Shown: positions 40,138 through 57,397, numbered from the stretch's first letter. The stretch is DNA of 64,000 nucleotides from Candidatus Nanopelagicales bacterium (GCA_040398845.1 JBBATH010000001.1:367578-431577); one strand, 5' to 3'. Program-made: numbers and translations. Notes: generated from the sequence alone by a model not told the origin.

Positions 40138-40178
40138 CCCCCGTCATTTGAGCCGGATTCCGGTCGAAATGACGGGGG
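40138..40178 (+). terminator. Long hairpin 7 nt after the lgt stop; candidate factor-independent terminator without a U-tract
   Basis: cccccgtcattt (40138-40149) pairs perfectly with aaatgacggggg (40167-40178). An inner ccgg-att-ccgg stem-loop lies between the arms. Confidence 0.5.
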
Positions 40179-40322
40179 AAGTGGTCATTTGGGGGTGATG
40201 TTGGTTGGTTCGTCCCGATTTGGTATTGTTCCACTCGATGGGCCAACGTCGTCCCGTCAGTTCACTCACGGTTCGGCTCTTCGGAGCGAACTGTGGCATG
40301 CGCTGTGACGACGATTGGATGA

Positions 40323-43300
40323 ATGATGGAACTCCTCAACCCCGACCTCCCAGCGGCACAGGGCCTGTATGACCCGGCGCGTGAGCACGATGCCTGCGGC
40401 GTGGCGTTCCTGGCAACCCTCACCGGTGTCCCGTCGCACCGAATTGTTGCAGACGCCCTGACCGCCCTGCGCAATCTCGAGCACCGGGGCGCATCGGGCA
40501 GCGAGCCGGATAGTGGCGATGGCGCCGGCATCCTGCTCCAGGTTCCAGATGAATTCCTCCGGGCCGAGGTCGAATTCGAACTCCCCGGCCCCGGAAAGTA
40601 CGCGGTCGGCGTCGGATTCCTTCCGGTCGATGCACCGGCACGTGAGGCGGTAAAGCAAGCGATCGAGGCGATCGCCGCCGATGAGGGAGTCGCGGTGCTC
40701 GGCTGGCGGGTTGTTCCGATCGACCCGAGCCTGGTCGGTGCGACTGCCCGCAGTGTGATGCCCTGGTTCGAGCAACTCTTCGTCTCCGCCGGCTCGCTCG
40801 GTGGCCTTGAACTTGACCGGGTGGTGTTTGCCCTGCGCAAGCGTGCCGAACACGAGACCGGTGTCTATTTCCCTTCCCTCTCGGCTCGAACCCTCGTCTA
40901 CAAGGGGATGCTCACGACCGGGCAGCTTGAGCCCTTCTACCCCGATCTCTCGGACAGTCGCGTTGCGTCCGCGCTCGCGCTCGTACACTCGCGCTTCTCG
41001 ACGAATACCTTTCCCTCGTGGCCCTTGGCCCACCCCTACCGGTTCATTTCGCACAACGGTGAGATCAACACCGTTCAGGGCAACCGCAACTGGATGCAGG
41101 CACGCGAGTCGATGCTCACCTCCGACATCCTCCCCGGTGATCTGACCAGACTGTTCCCGGTCTGCTCCCCGGGGAGTAGCGACTCAGGTTCGTTCGACGA
41201 GGTGCTGGAGTTCATTCACTTAGGCGGACGGTCGCTTCCGCACGCAGTGCTGATGATGATCCCGGAGGCGTGGGAGAACAACCCGACGATGAACCCGGCC
41301 CGTCGGGCGTTCTACGAATTCCACTCGACCCTGATGGAGCCGTGGGACGGACCGGCGAATGTCTGCTTCAGCGACGGAAGCATCATTGGCGCGGTCCTTG
41401 ATCGCAACGGGCTTCGTCCGGGCAGATTCTGGGTGACCGATGATGGTCTGGTCGTGCTTGCGTCCGAGGCCGGGGTCCTTGAACTCGATCCCGCGACAAT
41501 CGTGCGAAAGGGTCGGCTCCAGCCGGGCCGGATGTTCCTCGTCGATACGGTCGCCGGACGCATCATCGAGGACGATGAGGTAAAAGCCGAACTCGCGGCC
41601 ACTGCTCCCTACGGTAACTGGCTGGAGTCCGGCCTCGTGCACCTCGAGGAACTTCCCGAGCGCGAGCACATTGTCCACACCCCGGAGTCGGTTGCGCGGC
41701 GGCAGCAGACCTTCGGATACACGGAGGAGGATTTGAGGATCATTCTCGAACCGATGGCGCGCACGGGGGCTGAGGCGATCGGATCGATGGGCACGGATAC
41801 ACCGGTCGCCGTGCTCTCGGCCCGGCCCCGCCTAGTGTTCGACTACTTCCAGCAGTTGTTTGCCCAGGTGACAAATCCACCACTGGACTCGATTCGAGAG
41901 GAAATCGTCACCTCCCTGTCGAGCCATGTCGGGCCGGAGGGCAATCTCCTCGAAGCAACGGCCGCACATGCCGCTCAGGTGGTACTCCCGTTCCCCGTCA
42001 TCGACAACGATGAGTTGTCGAAGGTCCTGCACATCAACGCCGACGGCACCCAGCCGCGGTTCGCGGGGGTTCGTATTTCCGGTCTCTACCCGGTCGCGGG
42101 CGGCGGAGAAGCACTCGAGCGGCGGTTGGCAGAGATCTTCAACGAGGTCGATGCGGTCATCCGGCAGGGCAAGCGGTTCATCGTTCTCTCGGACCGCGAC
42201 AGCAACGTTGAAAAGGCCCCGATTCCGTCGCTGCTCCTCTGCGCTGCCGTTCACCATCACCTCGTTCGGACCAAGGCGCGCACCATGGTCTCGATGCTCG
42301 TTGAGGCTGGCGATGTGCGGGAGGTGCATCATGTGGCGCTCCTCATCGGCTACGGGGCGGCGGCGGTCAACCCTTATCTCGCACTCGAGACCGTCGAAGA
42401 CCTCGCCCGTCGAGGGATCATCCCGGACACCAGTCCCGAGCGCGCGATGCGCAACCTCGTTAAGTCTCTCGGAAAAGGCCTGCTCAAGGTCATGTCAAAA
42501 ATGGGTGTCTCGACGGTCGCCTCCTACCGCGGTGCCCAGATCTTCGAGGCGGTGGGGCTGTCGAAGTCGCTTGTCGCGGATCACTTCACCGGAACATCAT
42601 CGAAGCTCGGCGGTGTCGGACTCGATGTCCTCGCAGCAGAGGTTGCGGCGCGTCACGCGGTGGCCTACCCACCGTCCGGTATCGCGCCAGCGCATCGCAC
42701 CCTGAACGTGGGCGGCGAGTATCAGTGGCGACGGGAGGGTGAGGCACACCTGTTCGACCCCGAGACGGTGTTTCGGCTGCAGCACTCGACGCGTAACAAG
42801 CGGTTCGATATCTTCCGCGAGTACAGTGCCGGCGTCGACGATCAGGCGACCCGTCTCATGACCCTGCGCGGACTGTTCGGCTTTCGTGAGGGGCTGCGTC
42901 CACCCGTCCCGATCGAGGAGGTGGAGCCCGCTGCTGAGATCATTCGGCGTTTCTCGACCGGCGCGATGTCCTACGGCTCCATCTCGGCCGAGGCTCATGA
43001 AACCTTGGCGATCGCAATGAACCGTCTCGGCGCGAAGTCGAACACGGGAGAAGGTGGCGAGGATCCGGAGCGCTTCGTTCCGATGGCAGGTGGTGACTCG
43101 AAGCGATCGGCGATCAAGCAGGTGGCGTCTGGACGCTTCGGAGTGACGAGCGAGTACTTGGTCAACGCTGATGACATCCAGATCAAGATGGCCCAGGGGG
43201 CGAAGCCAGGCGAGGGTGGGCAACTGCCGGGCCACAAGGTGTACCCATGGATTGCGAAGACCCGGCACTCGACCCCGGGCGTGGGGCTCATCTCGCCCCC

Positions 43301-44855
43301 GCCGCACCACGACATCTATTCGATCGAGGATCTCGCCCAGCTCATCCATGACCTTAAGAATGCGAATCCACAGGCCCGGATTCACGTCAAGCTCGTATCT
43401 GAGGTCGGGGTTGGCACGGTAGCCGCTGGCGTGGCGAAGGCACATGCTGATGTCATCCTTATATCCGGCCATGACGGAGGCACCGGGGCGTCGCCCCTCA
43501 CCTCACTGAAGCACGCCGGCACCCCGTGGGAACTTGGGCTAGCCGAAACTCAGCAGACCCTCATGATCAATGGCCTGCGCGACCGGGTCGTGGTTCAGGC
43601 AGACGGCCAACTCAAGACCGGTCGCGACGTCATCATCGCCGCACTACTCGGTGCGGAGGAGTTCGGCTTCGCGACCGCGCCGCTCGTCGTGAGCGGCTGC
43701 ATCATGATGCGGGTGTGCCACCTTGATACCTGTCCGGTTGGCGTAGCCACCCAGAATCCAGTGCTGCGGGAACGCTTCACCGGCAAGCCGGAGTTCGTGG
43801 AGACCTTCTTCGAGTACATCGCTCAGGAGGTGCGCGAGTACCTCGCAGCACTCGGCTTCCGCTCATTGGAGGAAGCAGTCGGCCAGGTTGAATCACTCGA
43901 CACGCTGGCAGCAGTTCGGCATTGGAAGTCGCAGGGGCTTGATCTCGAACCGATTCTCCATGCGCCGGCCGTGGTTGGGGCTCCTCGACGTCGCATGGTC
44001 GCACAGGACCATGGGCTCGATCGTGCGCTGGACGTCGAACTGCTCGCGCTGTGCGAGCCGACACTTGACCGGGCGGAGCCGGTTCGGGCCCAGTTGCCGG
44101 TGCGCAATGTCAATCGCACGGTGGGCACCATGCTTGGCTCGGAGGTGACGCGCAGGTATGGCGGGCTGGGTCTGCCTGACGGAACCATCGACCTGACATT
44201 CATCGGTTCGGCCGGGCAGTCATTCGGGGCCTTCATTCCCCGGGGGGTGACCCTGCGCCTCGAGGGCGATGCCAATGACTACGTGGGTAAGGGACTGTCG
44301 GGCGGGCGCATCATCATCAGGCCGTCCCGTGCGGCGGTGTTCGATGCCCACGACAACATCATCGCCGGCAATGTCATCGGATACGGCGCCACAGCGGGGG
44401 AGATCTTCCTGCGTGGCCGGGCGGGGGAGCGCTTCTGCGTTCGCAACTCGGGCGCTACCGCGGTGGTGGAGGGCGTGGGAGACCATGCCTGCGAGTACAT
44501 GACCGGGGGGCGAGTTGTCATCCTTGGCGAGACGGGTCGCAATCTCGGTGCGGGCATGTCCGGTGGGATTGCCTTCGTCCTTGACCTCTCGCCGGGAAGC
44601 GTGAACCCCGAAATGGTCGACCTTGATCCGCTCGATGAACTCGACGCCGACGAACTACACGCGATGCTTCGGCGGCATGAGCAGGAGACCGAGTCGGTGC
44701 TCGCTGGGGTACTCCTCGGGGATTGGCCCGCGACGCGAGGCCGGTTCACGAAGGTGATGCCCAAGGATTACAAGCGCGTGATGCAGTTGACAGCACAGGC
44801 GGTCGAGCAAGGACTCGATCCGATGGTTCTCGTGATGGGAGGCGGCCGTGGCTGA
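40323..44855 (+). CDS. gltB: Glutamate synthase large subunit
   Basis: 1510 aa. Ntn-amidotransferase Cys in DACGVAFLA, followed by FMN/Fe-S central and C-terminal GXGXG domains. Confidence 0.95.
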   Translation: MMELLNPDLPAAQGLYDPAREHDACGVAFLATLTGVPSHRIVADALTALRNLEHRGASGSEPDSGDGAGILLQVPDEFLRAEVEFELPGPGKYAVGVGFLPVDAPAREAVKQAIEAIAADEGVAVLGWRVVPIDPSLVGATARSVMPWFEQLFVSAGSLGGLELDRVVFALRKRAEHETGVYFPSLSARTLVYKGMLTTGQLEPFYPDLSDSRVASALALVHSRFSTNTFPSWPLAHPYRFISHNGEINTVQGNRNWMQARESMLTSDILPGDLTRLFPVCSPGSSDSGSFDEVLEFIHLGGRSLPHAVLMMIPEAWENNPTMNPARRAFYEFHSTLMEPWDGPANVCFSDGSIIGAVLDRNGLRPGRFWVTDDGLVVLASEAGVLELDPATIVRKGRLQPGRMFLVDTVAGRIIEDDEVKAELAATAPYGNWLESGLVHLEELPEREHIVHTPESVARRQQTFGYTEEDLRIILEPMARTGAEAIGSMGTDTPVAVLSARPRLVFDYFQQLFAQVTNPPLDSIREEIVTSLSSHVGPEGNLLEATAAHAAQVVLPFPVIDNDELSKVLHINADGTQPRFAGVRISGLYPVAGGGEALERRLAEIFNEVDAVIRQGKRFIVLSDRDSNVEKAPIPSLLLCAAVHHHLVRTKARTMVSMLVEAGDVREVHHVALLIGYGAAAVNPYLALETVEDLARRGIIPDTSPERAMRNLVKSLGKGLLKVMSKMGVSTVASYRGAQIFEAVGLSKSLVADHFTGTSSKLGGVGLDVLAAEVAARHAVAYPPSGIAPAHRTLNVGGEYQWRREGEAHLFDPETVFRLQHSTRNKRFDIFREYSAGVDDQATRLMTLRGLFGFREGLRPPVPIEEVEPAAEIIRRFSTGAMSYGSISAEAHETLAIAMNRLGAKSNTGEGGEDPERFVPMAGGDSKRSAIKQVASGRFGVTSEYLVNADDIQIKMAQGAKPGEGGQLPGHKVYPWIAKTRHSTPGVGLISPPPHHDIYSIEDLAQLIHDLKNANPQARIHVKLVSEVGVGTVAAGVAKAHADVILISGHDGGTGASPLTSLKHAGTPWELGLAETQQTLMINGLRDRVVVQADGQLKTGRDVIIAALLGAEEFGFATAPLVVSGCIMMRVCHLDTCPVGVATQNPVLRERFTGKPEFVETFFEYIAQEVREYLAALGFRSLEEAVGQVESLDTLAAVRHWKSQGLDLEPILHAPAVVGAPRRRMVAQDHGLDRALDVELLALCEPTLDRAEPVRAQLPVRNVNRTVGTMLGSEVTRRYGGLGLPDGTIDLTFIGSAGQSFGAFIPRGVTLRLEGDANDYVGKGLSGGRIIIRPSRAAVFDAHDNIIAGNVIGYGATAGEIFLRGRAGERFCVRNSGATAVVEGVGDHACEYMTGGRVVILGETGRNLGAGMSGGIAFVLDLSPGSVNPEMVDLDPLDELDADELHAMLRRHEQETESVLAGVLLGDWPATRGRFTKVMPKDYKRVMQLTAQAVEQGLDPMVLVMGGGRG

Positions 44856-46305
44856 CCCGAAGGGCTTCTTGACGACGGAACGTGAACTGCCAGCCAGGCG
44901 ACCTGTCGACATCAGGCTCCAAGACTGGCGAGAGGTCTACCAGGAGTTCGGCGAGGCGAGGGTTGAGAAGCAGGCCGGACGCTGCATGGATTGTGGCATC
45001 CCGTTCTGCCATAACGGCTGCCCGCTGGGCAACCTCATCCCCGAATGGAACGATCTTGTCCATCGCCACGATTGGCAGGCTGCGAGCGAGCGGCTTCACG
45101 CGACGAACAATTTCCCGGAGTTCACCGGCCGACTTTGCCCTGCGCCCTGTGAGTCCGCATGCGTACTTGGGATCAACGCGGATGCGGTGACAATCAAGCA
45201 GGTCGAGGTGTCCATCATCGATCGGGCCTGGGCGGAGGGCTGGGTCACGGCTCAGCGTCCGGAGCGGCTTTCCGGCAAGACCGTCGCTGTCATTGGATCT
45301 GGCCCTGCGGGTCTTGCTGCGGCGCAGCAGCTCGCTCGGGCGGGGCATACCGTCGCCTGCTTTGAGCGGGCGGACCGCATTGGCGGCCTCCTGCGCTATG
45401 GAATCCCCGAGTTCAAAATGGAGAAGCGCCACCTCGACCGGCGATTGGCCCAGATGGAGGCCGAGGGGGTGAAGTTTCGGCCCGGCACTGACATCGGGGT
45501 TGACATCACCGCTGACGACCTGCGACGCCGCTATGACGCGGTGGTCATCGCGGTCGGCTCGACGGTAGGGCGGGAGCTTGAGGTTCCCGGACGTGAGTTA
45601 CGCGGGATCTACCAGGCGATGGAGTTCCTGCCCCTTGCGAACCGGGTCGTCGAGGGCGACACGTCGGTGTCGCCGCTGGATGTCGCCGGAAAGCATGTCG
45701 TCATCATCGGCGGCGGCGATACGGGCGCTGACTGCCTCGGAACCGCCCATCGACAGGGCGCCGCATCGGTGACCCAGTTGGAGATCCTCCCGACTCCACC
45801 ACCAGTCAGGTCCGGCGGCCAGCCTTGGCCGACCTATCCGATGGTTTACCGCACAACGAGCGCCCATGAAGAGGGCGGAGACCGAGTGTTCTCGGTCTCG
45901 ACGAAGGAGTTCGTCGACGACGGCACGGGTTCGGTGCGAGCGCTGCGCCTGATCGAGGTGGCGGCCCATGAGGGCGGATTCCGTCCGGTCGAAGGCTCTG
46001 AGCGTGAGATCCCGGCCGATGTCGTGCTGCTGGCGATGGGCTTCAGCGGCCCCGAGGTCGGCTCGATCGCGGGACAGCTTGGAGTCGATCTCGACACTAA
46101 GGGGACCTTCGATCGCGGCAACGACTACTCGACGAACGTCGATGGTGTCTTCGTCGCCGGCGATGCTGGCCGGGGCCAGTCGCTCATTGTCTGGGCGATA
46201 GCTGAGGGTCGTGCAGCGGCTGCGGCTGTCGACCGGTTCCTGAGCGGGAGTACCCAGCTTCCGGCGCCAATTCTGCCGACCGCGCGACCGCTCACGGTTC
46301 GCTGA
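44848..46305 (+). CDS. gltD: Glutamate synthase small subunit (NADPH)
   Basis: Motifs [26 protein letters not shown] and [14 protein letters not shown]. 8-nt overlap with gltB. Confidence 0.95.
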   Translation: MADPKGFLTTERELPARRPVDIRLQDWREVYQEFGEARVEKQAGRCMDCGIPFCHNGCPLGNLIPEWNDLVHRHDWQAASERLHATNNFPEFTGRLCPAPCESACVLGINADAVTIKQVEVSIIDRAWAEGWVTAQRPERLSGKTVAVIGSGPAGLAAAQQLARAGHTVACFERADRIGGLLRYGIPEFKMEKRHLDRRLAQMEAEGVKFRPGTDIGVDITADDLRRRYDAVVIAVGSTVGRELEVPGRELRGIYQAMEFLPLANRVVEGDTSVSPLDVAGKHVVIIGGGDTGADCLGTAHRQGAASVTQLEILPTPPPVRSGGQPWPTYPMVYRTTSAHEEGGDRVFSVSTKEFVDDGTGSVRALRLIEVAAHEGGFRPVEGSEREIPADVVLLAMGFSGPEVGSIAGQLGVDLDTKGTFDRGNDYSTNVDGVFVAGDAGRGQSLIVWAIAEGRAAAAAVDRFLSGSTQLPAPILPTARPLTVR

Positions 46306-46313
46306 TCGTTGAG

Positions 46314-46337
46314 CGGGGCCTCGGGCGCCGGCATTTT
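46314..46337 (+). terminator. Candidate intrinsic terminator after gltD
   Basis: cggggcc-tcg-ggcgccg stem with one mismatch, followed by gcatttt. Confidence 0.35.
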
Positions 46338-46388
46338 CAGGGGCGATGTCGGGCCCGTGCCATGACATCGTTTGCATGGATGCTGGGA

Positions 46389-46394
46389 TAGGCT
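46389..46394 (+). promoter_or_regulatory. Candidate -10 hexamer TAGGCT 7 nt before the pyk ATG (leaderless architecture)
   Basis: The sequence is gaTAGGCTcgtagctATG, with no SD. Confidence 0.3.
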
Positions 46395-46401
46395 CGTAGC
46401 T

Positions 46402-47835
46402 ATGCGGAGAGCGAAGATTGTGGCAACGTTGGGTCCGGCGACGAGTTCTCTCGAGGCGATTCGCGGCCTCGTGACTGCAGGCATGGACGTCGCCCGACTC
46501 AACCTCTCGCACGGTGACCACGCTGATCATGCGAGCGCTTACGCCGCGGTTCGTCAGGCCTCGGACGAGTCCGGACGGGGGGTCGGGATCCTTGTTGACC
46601 TCCAGGGGCCGAAGATTCGCCTCGGGCGATTCGCAGCTGGACCGGTACTCCTTGAGCAGGGTGACGAGTTCATCGTCACGACCGACGATGTCCCCGGTGA
46701 CAAGAACATGGTCTCCACCACCTACAAGGGTCTCCCCGGCGATGTTACCCCCGGAGACTCGGTGCTCGTCGATGATGGCCGAATCGCTCTTGAGGTGGTG
46801 CGGGTCGACGGTCCGCGGGTAATCACCAAGGTGATCGAAGGTGGGCGTGTCTCCGACAACAAGGGGTTCAACCTGCCCGGGGTCGCGGTGAGCGTTCCAG
46901 CAATGTCTGAAAAGGACGTCGAAGACCTGCGCTGGGCACTACGCATCGGCGCCGACATGATCGCGCTGTCCTTCGTGAGAACGGCCGCAGACATCGCTGG
47001 TGTACACGCCATCATGGACGAGGAGGGTGTCCGCCTGCCGGTGCTCGCAAAGGTCGAAAAACCACAGGCCGTCAACAACCTTGAGGAGATCGTCGAGGCC
47101 TTCGACGGCGTGATGGTGGCCCGCGGTGACCTCGGCGTCGAACTCCCGCTCGAGATGGTTCCACTCGTCCAGAAACGGGCGATACAGATGTGCCGCGAGG
47201 CCGGCAAGCCGGTCATTGTCGCCACCCAGATGCTTGACTCCATGATCACGGCAAACCGTCCGACACGGGCGGAGGTGAGCGACGTCGCAAATGCCGTGCT
47301 CGACGGCGCCGATGCGCTCATGCTCTCCGGCGAGACGAGCGTTGGTGAACACCCGTCCCTCGTGGTCCAGACCATGGCGCGCATCGTCGAGCATGTCGAG
47401 CAGGAGGCGCTCGCGAGCCTCCCAGCACTCGTGGATGAACGCGAAGGCTCGACGGCGCGGGCTCTCACGCACGCTGCCGTCACCGTGGCGGATGATGTCG
47501 ACGCGTCCTACCTCATCGCCTTCACCGAGACCGGCCTCTCGGCACGACTCATCTCTCGCTGGCGCAGTGTCACGAATCTCCTTGCCTTCACCCCGAACCC
47601 GCGAGTGCGCAGCCAGCTCTCGCTCGTGTGGGGTGTCGAGACCTTCCTCGTACCACAGGTGACGCACACCGACGACATGGTCGAGCAGGTGGACCGATCC
47701 CTCCTTGAGATCGGACGTGCCTCCGTCGGCGAGCGCGTGGTCATCGTGGCCGGTGTGCCACCGGGAGTGCCCGGAACGACGAACGGTATGCGGGTACATC
47801 TGCTCGGCCGTGCCGGACCGGGTGCCGGAGTCTGA
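46402..47835 (+). CDS. pyk: Pyruvate kinase
   Basis: Motifs [19 protein letters not shown] and [10 protein letters not shown]. The ORF-track start at 46372 adds 10 non-conserved aa. Confidence 0.95.
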   Translation: MRRAKIVATLGPATSSLEAIRGLVTAGMDVARLNLSHGDHADHASAYAAVRQASDESGRGVGILVDLQGPKIRLGRFAAGPVLLEQGDEFIVTTDDVPGDKNMVSTTYKGLPGDVTPGDSVLVDDGRIALEVVRVDGPRVITKVIEGGRVSDNKGFNLPGVAVSVPAMSEKDVEDLRWALRIGADMIALSFVRTAADIAGVHAIMDEEGVRLPVLAKVEKPQAVNNLEEIVEAFDGVMVARGDLGVELPLEMVPLVQKRAIQMCREAGKPVIVATQMLDSMITANRPTRAEVSDVANAVLDGADALMLSGETSVGEHPSLVVQTMARIVEHVEQEALASLPALVDEREGSTARALTHAAVTVADDVDASYLIAFTETGLSARLISRWRSVTNLLAFTPNPRVRSQLSLVWGVETFLVPQVTHTDDMVEQVDRSLLEIGRASVGERVVIVAGVPPGVPGTTNGMRVHLLGRAGPGAGV

Positions 47836-47840
47836 TCGGG

Positions 47841-47846
47841 TAGGCT
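47841..47846 (+). promoter_or_regulatory. Candidate -10 hexamer TAGGCT for the pyr operon leader
   Basis: The sequence is cgggTAGGCTcaac, about 85 nt upstream of the pyrR GTG. This would place the PyrR-binding hairpin in the 5' UTR. Confidence 0.25.
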
Positions 47847-47892
47847 CAACACGCTATATGGTGACACGCCGGTTCGGCGCGGTGCCGACATC

Positions 47893-49444
<1,552 letters not shown>

Positions 49445-49445
<1 letters not shown>

Positions 49446-50728
49446 TGACCGCGCTGGTACTGCGAGGGGTTCGTCCCTACGGTGAGGATCCCGTCGATCT
49501 CGTCATTGAAGGCGGCGTGATCGCGGAGATCAGCCGGGCTGGTTCGGCGTCGGGCCGAATCGTCGAGGCGGATGGCCTCGTCGCCCTGCCGGGGCTCGTC
49601 GATCTGCATACGCACCTGCGCGAGCCAGGCCGCGAGGATGCCGAGACGATCGAGACGGGCTCGCGTGCGGCCGCGCTCGGCGGGTTCACGTGCGTCCACG
49701 CCATGGCAAACACCGATCCCGTGGCCGACACCGCCGGTGTCGTTGAACAGGTGTGGCGGCTAGGACAGCGGGCCGGCCTTGTCGATGTGCGCCCCGTCGG
49801 AGCCGTCACGACTGGGCTCCTCGGCGAGCAGATGGCCGAACTCGGGGCGATGGCGCACTCAACGGCGCGAGTTCGCGTCTTCAGCGATGACGGGAAATGT
49901 GTCCACGATGCAGTGCTCATGCGGCGGGCACTGGAGTATGTGAAAGCCTTCGGGGGCGTGATCGCCCAGCATGCGCAAGAACCGCGACTCACCGAGAACG
50001 CTCAGATGAACGAGGGAATCTTGTCAGGGGTGCTCGGACTCACCGGCTGGCCGTCAGTAGCGGAGGAGGCGATCATTGCCCGTGACGTGCTCCTTGCTGA
50101 GCATGTGGGGTCTCGGCTGCACATCTGCCACGTCTCGACTGCCGGCTCGGTCGAGGTCATCCGCTGGGCGAAGGCCCGCGGTATCGATGTGACCGCTGAG
50201 GTGACCCCCCACCATCTCATCCTCACCGAGGATCTCGTCGCGAGCTATGACCCGATCTACAAGGTGAATCCGCCCCTGCGCACCCACGATGATGTGGCGG
50301 CCCTTCGAATGGCCGTAGCCGACGGCACCATCGATGCGATCGCCACCGACCACGCACCGCATCCGAACGAGGACAAAGACTGTGAGTGGGCGGCGGCGGC
50401 TTTTGGAATGCTCGGGCTTCAGACGGCGCTCAGCGTCGCACAGCACACGCTGGTCGAGTCGGGACTCCTCGACTGGCGAGGCCTTGCCGACCGAATGTCC
50501 GTCCGGCCGGCACGCATCGGTGGAGTGTTGGCGCAAGGGCAGAGGCTTGAGCCAGGTGCGCCAGCCCACGTTTGCGTTCTCGACGCCTCCGCTCGCTGGG
50601 TCGTTGATCCGGATGTCGTGGCGTCCAAGAGCCGCAACACCCCATTTACCTCGATGGGACTTCCCGGATCCGTCCGCCATGTCATCTTCGGTGGCATCCC
50701 CACCGTCATTGATGGAGCGCTCGCGTGA
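49445..50728 (+). CDS. pyrC: Dihydroorotase
   Basis: Motifs [11 protein letters not shown] and ATDHAPH. Confidence 0.95.
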
Positions 50729-51848
50729 GGCGCCGCGAACGGGCGGTGCTCGTGCTCGAGGACGGAACCACGATGCGGGGGGCCGCGTACGGGGCCATCG
50801 GATCGACCTTCGGAGAGGCGGTCTTCTCGACCGGCATGACCGGCTATCAGGAGACCCTCACAGATCCGTCGTACCATCGGCAGATCGTTGTGATGACCGC
50901 CCCGCACATTGGCAACACCGGACTGAATGATGAGGATCCGGAGTCCACGCGCATCTGGGTGAGCGGGTACATCGTCCGTGATCCCTCCCGAATCACGTCC
51001 AACTGGCGAGCGACGAGGGGACTAGAGGACGAGCTGCGAGATAAGGGCGTGGTGGGGCTCTGCGATGTCGACACGAGGGCCCTCACCCGCAGGCTGCGTG
51101 AGCGGGGTGCGATGCGCATAGGCATCTTCTCGGGGGGCCAGGCTCACGCGCCCGTCGACGACCTTCTGGAACAGGTGCTGGCCAGTCCCGTCATGACAGG
51201 AGCCGATCTCGCTGGCGAAGTGAGCACCACCGCTCCCTATCTCGTCCCTGCGGTCGGCGAGCGACGCCTCACTGTTGCGGCGATTGACCTAGGCATCAAG
51301 ACCATGACCCCGCGACTCATGGCCAAGCGCGGTATCGACGTGCACGTGCTGCCCGCCGCCACATCGGCTCGCGATGTCCTTGGCCTTGGCGCCGACGGTG
51401 TCTTCTTCTCCAATGGTCCAGGGGATCCCGCTACCGCGGATCACGCAGTTAGCGTCATGGAAGCGGCCCTTGGAGCGAGCGTGCCAGTCTTCGGGATCTG
51501 CTTCGGTAACCAGATCCTCGGGCGAGCGCTGGGGCTAGGAACGTACAAGCTCAGGTACGGGCACCGTGGCATTAACCAGCCGGTGCAGGACCTTCGTACC
51601 GGCAAGATCGAGATCACCGCGCACAATCACGGATTTGCTGTTGATGCTCCGCGGGAAGGGATCTTCCAGACTCCGTTCGGGTCGGCGCGAGTGAGTCATG
51701 TGTGTCGCAACGACGATGTCGTCGAGGGCCTTGAATGCCTTGATGTCCCGGCTTTTAGTGTCCAGTACCATCCGGAAGCGGCGGCGGGTCCCCATGATGC
51801 GTCATCGCTCTTTGACGAGTTCGTTGACCTCATGCAGCGGAGCAACTG

Positions 51849-51849
<1 letters not shown>
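50725..51849 (+). CDS. carA: Carbamoyl-phosphate synthase small subunit
   Basis: Motifs GICFGNQ (catalytic Cys), HNHGF and QYHPEA. Confidence 0.95.
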
Positions 51850-55205
<3,356 letters not shown>

Positions 55206-55208
55206 ACC

Positions 55209-56063
55209 GTGCCTATCCAGTTGCGCGCCGAGGTTCTTGACGTCCGCAAGTCGGGCGCGTACTCGGTGCTCTCGCTGACGGCAGCCGGGATGCCGGAGAT
55301 GGCCCGCCCCGGACACTTCGTCACGGTGTCCATGGGGGGCGAGGAGAGCAGCATGCTGCTCCGGCGTGCCTTCGCGATTTATCAGGTGAAGTCTCGCGGC
55401 GTCTACGGAGGCACCCTTGAGCTCGTGGTTGGGGTTGAGGGTCAGGGAACAAAGTGGCTGAGCGAACGCCGTCGGCATGACATCCTCGACATCGTCGGTC
55501 CACTTGGCCGGCCGTTCATCCTGCCCAAGGAGCGGGTCCCCTGTGTGCTCGTCGCCGGTGGCTACGGTGCCGCCGGAATGTTCATGCTCGCTGAACAGCT
55601 GCGTGATCGGGGATGCCGTGTCGATGTCGTCATGGGAGCCTCCTCCGAGTCAAAACTCTTCGGCGTTCTGGAGATGAAGCGAGCCTCGTCCAAGCTCATC
55701 ATCACAACCGAAGATGGTTCATCGGGTGAGCGGGGCCGCGTCACCGATGTGCTCGGCTCAGTCATCGACAAGTCAGAGGCAGCGGTCGTGTACGCCTGTG
55801 GCCCCATGGGAATGCTGTCGGCGGTCGCTGGGATCGCTGCCGAGCACCGGGCCTACAGCCAGTGCTCGGTTGAGGAGGCGATGGCCTGTGGCATCGGGGT
55901 GTGCATGACGTGCGTGCTCCCGGTCATCGGCCCCGACGGCGTGACGCGCATGGTGCGGTCATGCGTGGAGGGTCCGGTCTTCCGCGGAGATCGGGTCCGC
56001 TGGAGCGATGTGGGCACTATCCCCGCTGACGCCTTCGGCGCACCGGTCACGGAAGAGCCATGA
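55209..56063 (+). CDS. pyrK: Dihydroorotate dehydrogenase (class 1B) electron-transfer subunit PyrK
   Basis: FAD/NAD-binding fold (RRAFAI, GGYGAAGM) and C-terminal 2Fe-2S Cys cluster CGIGVCMTC...SCVEGP. Confidence 0.9.
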   Translation: MPIQLRAEVLDVRKSGAYSVLSLTAAGMPEMARPGHFVTVSMGGEESSMLLRRAFAIYQVKSRGVYGGTLELVVGVEGQGTKWLSERRRHDILDIVGPLGRPFILPKERVPCVLVAGGYGAAGMFMLAEQLRDRGCRVDVVMGASSESKLFGVLEMKRASSKLIITTEDGSSGERGRVTDVLGSVIDKSEAAVVYACGPMGMLSAVAGIAAEHRAYSQCSVEEAMACGIGVCMTCVLPVIGPDGVTRMVRSCVEGPVFRGDRVRWSDVGTIPADAFGAPVTEEP

Positions 56064-57397
56064 GCCCGGCCGTCATCGGACGCGGGCCGGTGGGCTCCAC
56101 CTCGGAGACTCCTCGCATGGACATGTCGACCTCACTCGGCTCCATGCACCTCGATGCACCTGTCCTCACCGCCTCGGGTTGCGCTGCGTCCGGCCGGGAG
56201 CTTGACGAGTACTTCGACATCACTCACCTCGGTGCGATCGTGACGAAGAGCATCATGCTCCATCCCCGTGCCGGACGTCCCACTCCGCGGATGGCAGAGA
56301 CGCCGAGCGGCATGCTCAACTCCATCGGCCTCCAAGGCCCTGGCCTTGAAGCGTTCATCGAGACCGACCTCGCTTGGCTTGAGCAGCGCGGCGGCAGGGT
56401 CATCGTGTCGATTGCTGGCGGCTCGGTCGAGGAGTACGTGAAGATCGCCCAGAAGCTCAGGTACGTATCGGGAATTGACGCCATTGAGGTGAATATCTCA
56501 TGCCCAAACGTCGAGGACCGCGGGCAGGTCTTCGCCTGCAACCCTGAGGCGGCGTCGCAGGTCATCCAGGCTGTCCGCCGTCATGTCGATCCGCATACCC
56601 CTGTCCTCGCGAAACTTTCGCCTGACGTCACCGACATCACTGACATCGCGCACGCAGTCGTGCGCGCTGGTGCCAGTGGGTTGTCCGTCATCAATACCGC
56701 CTTGGGCATGGTCATCGACGTTGATCGCATGCGCCCGGCCCTCGCGGGTGTAACCGGCGGGCTCAGCGGTCCGGCAATCCGACCGATCGCCGTGCGCTGT
56801 GTCTGGCAGATTCGCCAGGCCATGCCCAAGATCCCCATCCTCGGCATGGGCGGCATCCGCACTGGACTCGATGCACTGCAGTTCATCTTGGCTGGCGCGA
56901 ATGCTGTCTCGGTCGGTACGGCCACCTTCAATGATCCGTCCGCCCCGATCCGGGTGCAACGCGAGTTGGCTCAAGCGCTGCACGAGCGAGGATTCACCTC
57001 CCTAGCGCAGGCAATCTCCTACGCCCATCGAGAGCATGACGTTCCTGAGCCACTCATGGCCGAAATCGCGGCGGCCGAGTCAGCCGAAAACTCCGAGGTG
57101 GGGGACGAGCAGGCCATCGAGGTTACGAGGATCATTCAGGGCTCGGAGGTCCATGTCAACGATGCCCATGGTGCCCACGGTGCCCGCGGTGCCCGCGGTG
57201 CCCACGGCGCCCACGATGCCCACGATGTCCACGGTGCCCAGGATGCCCACGATGGGCTCGATGACCGCAGGCCTGTGGCCGAAGTGGTGCAGATTCGACG
57301 CGATACCGCGAGCGAGCCCTTTGACCAGTACAAGGATTTCGCCGAGGCGAAGGCGGCTGACGAAAATCGCTCCGATCTTGCGCCGGAGCCGCAGTGA
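56060..57397 (+). CDS. pyrD: Dihydroorotate dehydrogenase class 1B catalytic subunit PyrD with a 120-aa C-terminal extension
   Basis: Motifs VLTASGC, GAIVTKS, PTPRMAETPSGMLNSIGLQGPG and EVNISCPN. The catalytic domain ends near ...ISYAHRE. An acidic, His-rich tail continues in the same frame. An alternative start is at Met 56117. Confidence 0.9.
   Translation: MSPAVIGRGPVGSTSETPRMDMSTSLGSMHLDAPVLTASGCAASGRELDEYFDITHLGAIVTKSIMLHPRAGRPTPRMAETPSGMLNSIGLQGPGLEAFIETDLAWLEQRGGRVIVSIAGGSVEEYVKIAQKLRYVSGIDAIEVNISCPNVEDRGQVFACNPEAASQVIQAVRRHVDPHTPVLAKLSPDVTDITDIAHAVVRAGASGLSVINTALGMVIDVDRMRPALAGVTGGLSGPAIRPIAVRCVWQIRQAMPKIPILGMGGIRTGLDALQFILAGANAVSVGTATFNDPSAPIRVQRELAQALHERGFTSLAQAISYAHREHDVPEPLMAEIAAAESAENSEVGDEQAIEVTRIIQGSEVHVNDAHGAHGARGARGAHGAHDAHDVHGAQDAHDGLDDRRPVAEVVQIRRDTASEPFDQYKDFAEAKAADENRSDLAPEPQ
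57161..57250 (+). repeat. Ten tandem copies of a 9-bp unit (consensus ggtgcccac) inside the pyrD 3' extension
   Basis: Read directly: gatgcccat ggtgcccac ggtgcccgc ggtgcccgc ggtgcccac ggcgcccac gatgcccac gatgtccac ggtgcccag gatgcccac. This encodes DAHGAHGARGARGAHGAHDAHDVHGAQDAH. Confidence 0.9.

Noticed and set aside
40179-40322. GlnR/AmtR-type operator upstream of gltB (near-palindrome gttcggctc-ttcg-gagcgaac at 40271-40291; gttcac...ttcggc)
   Set aside because: The resemblance to the gTnAc-n6-GaAAc GlnR box is too loose to call. The palindrome has a bulge and could equally be a small 5' UTR hairpin.
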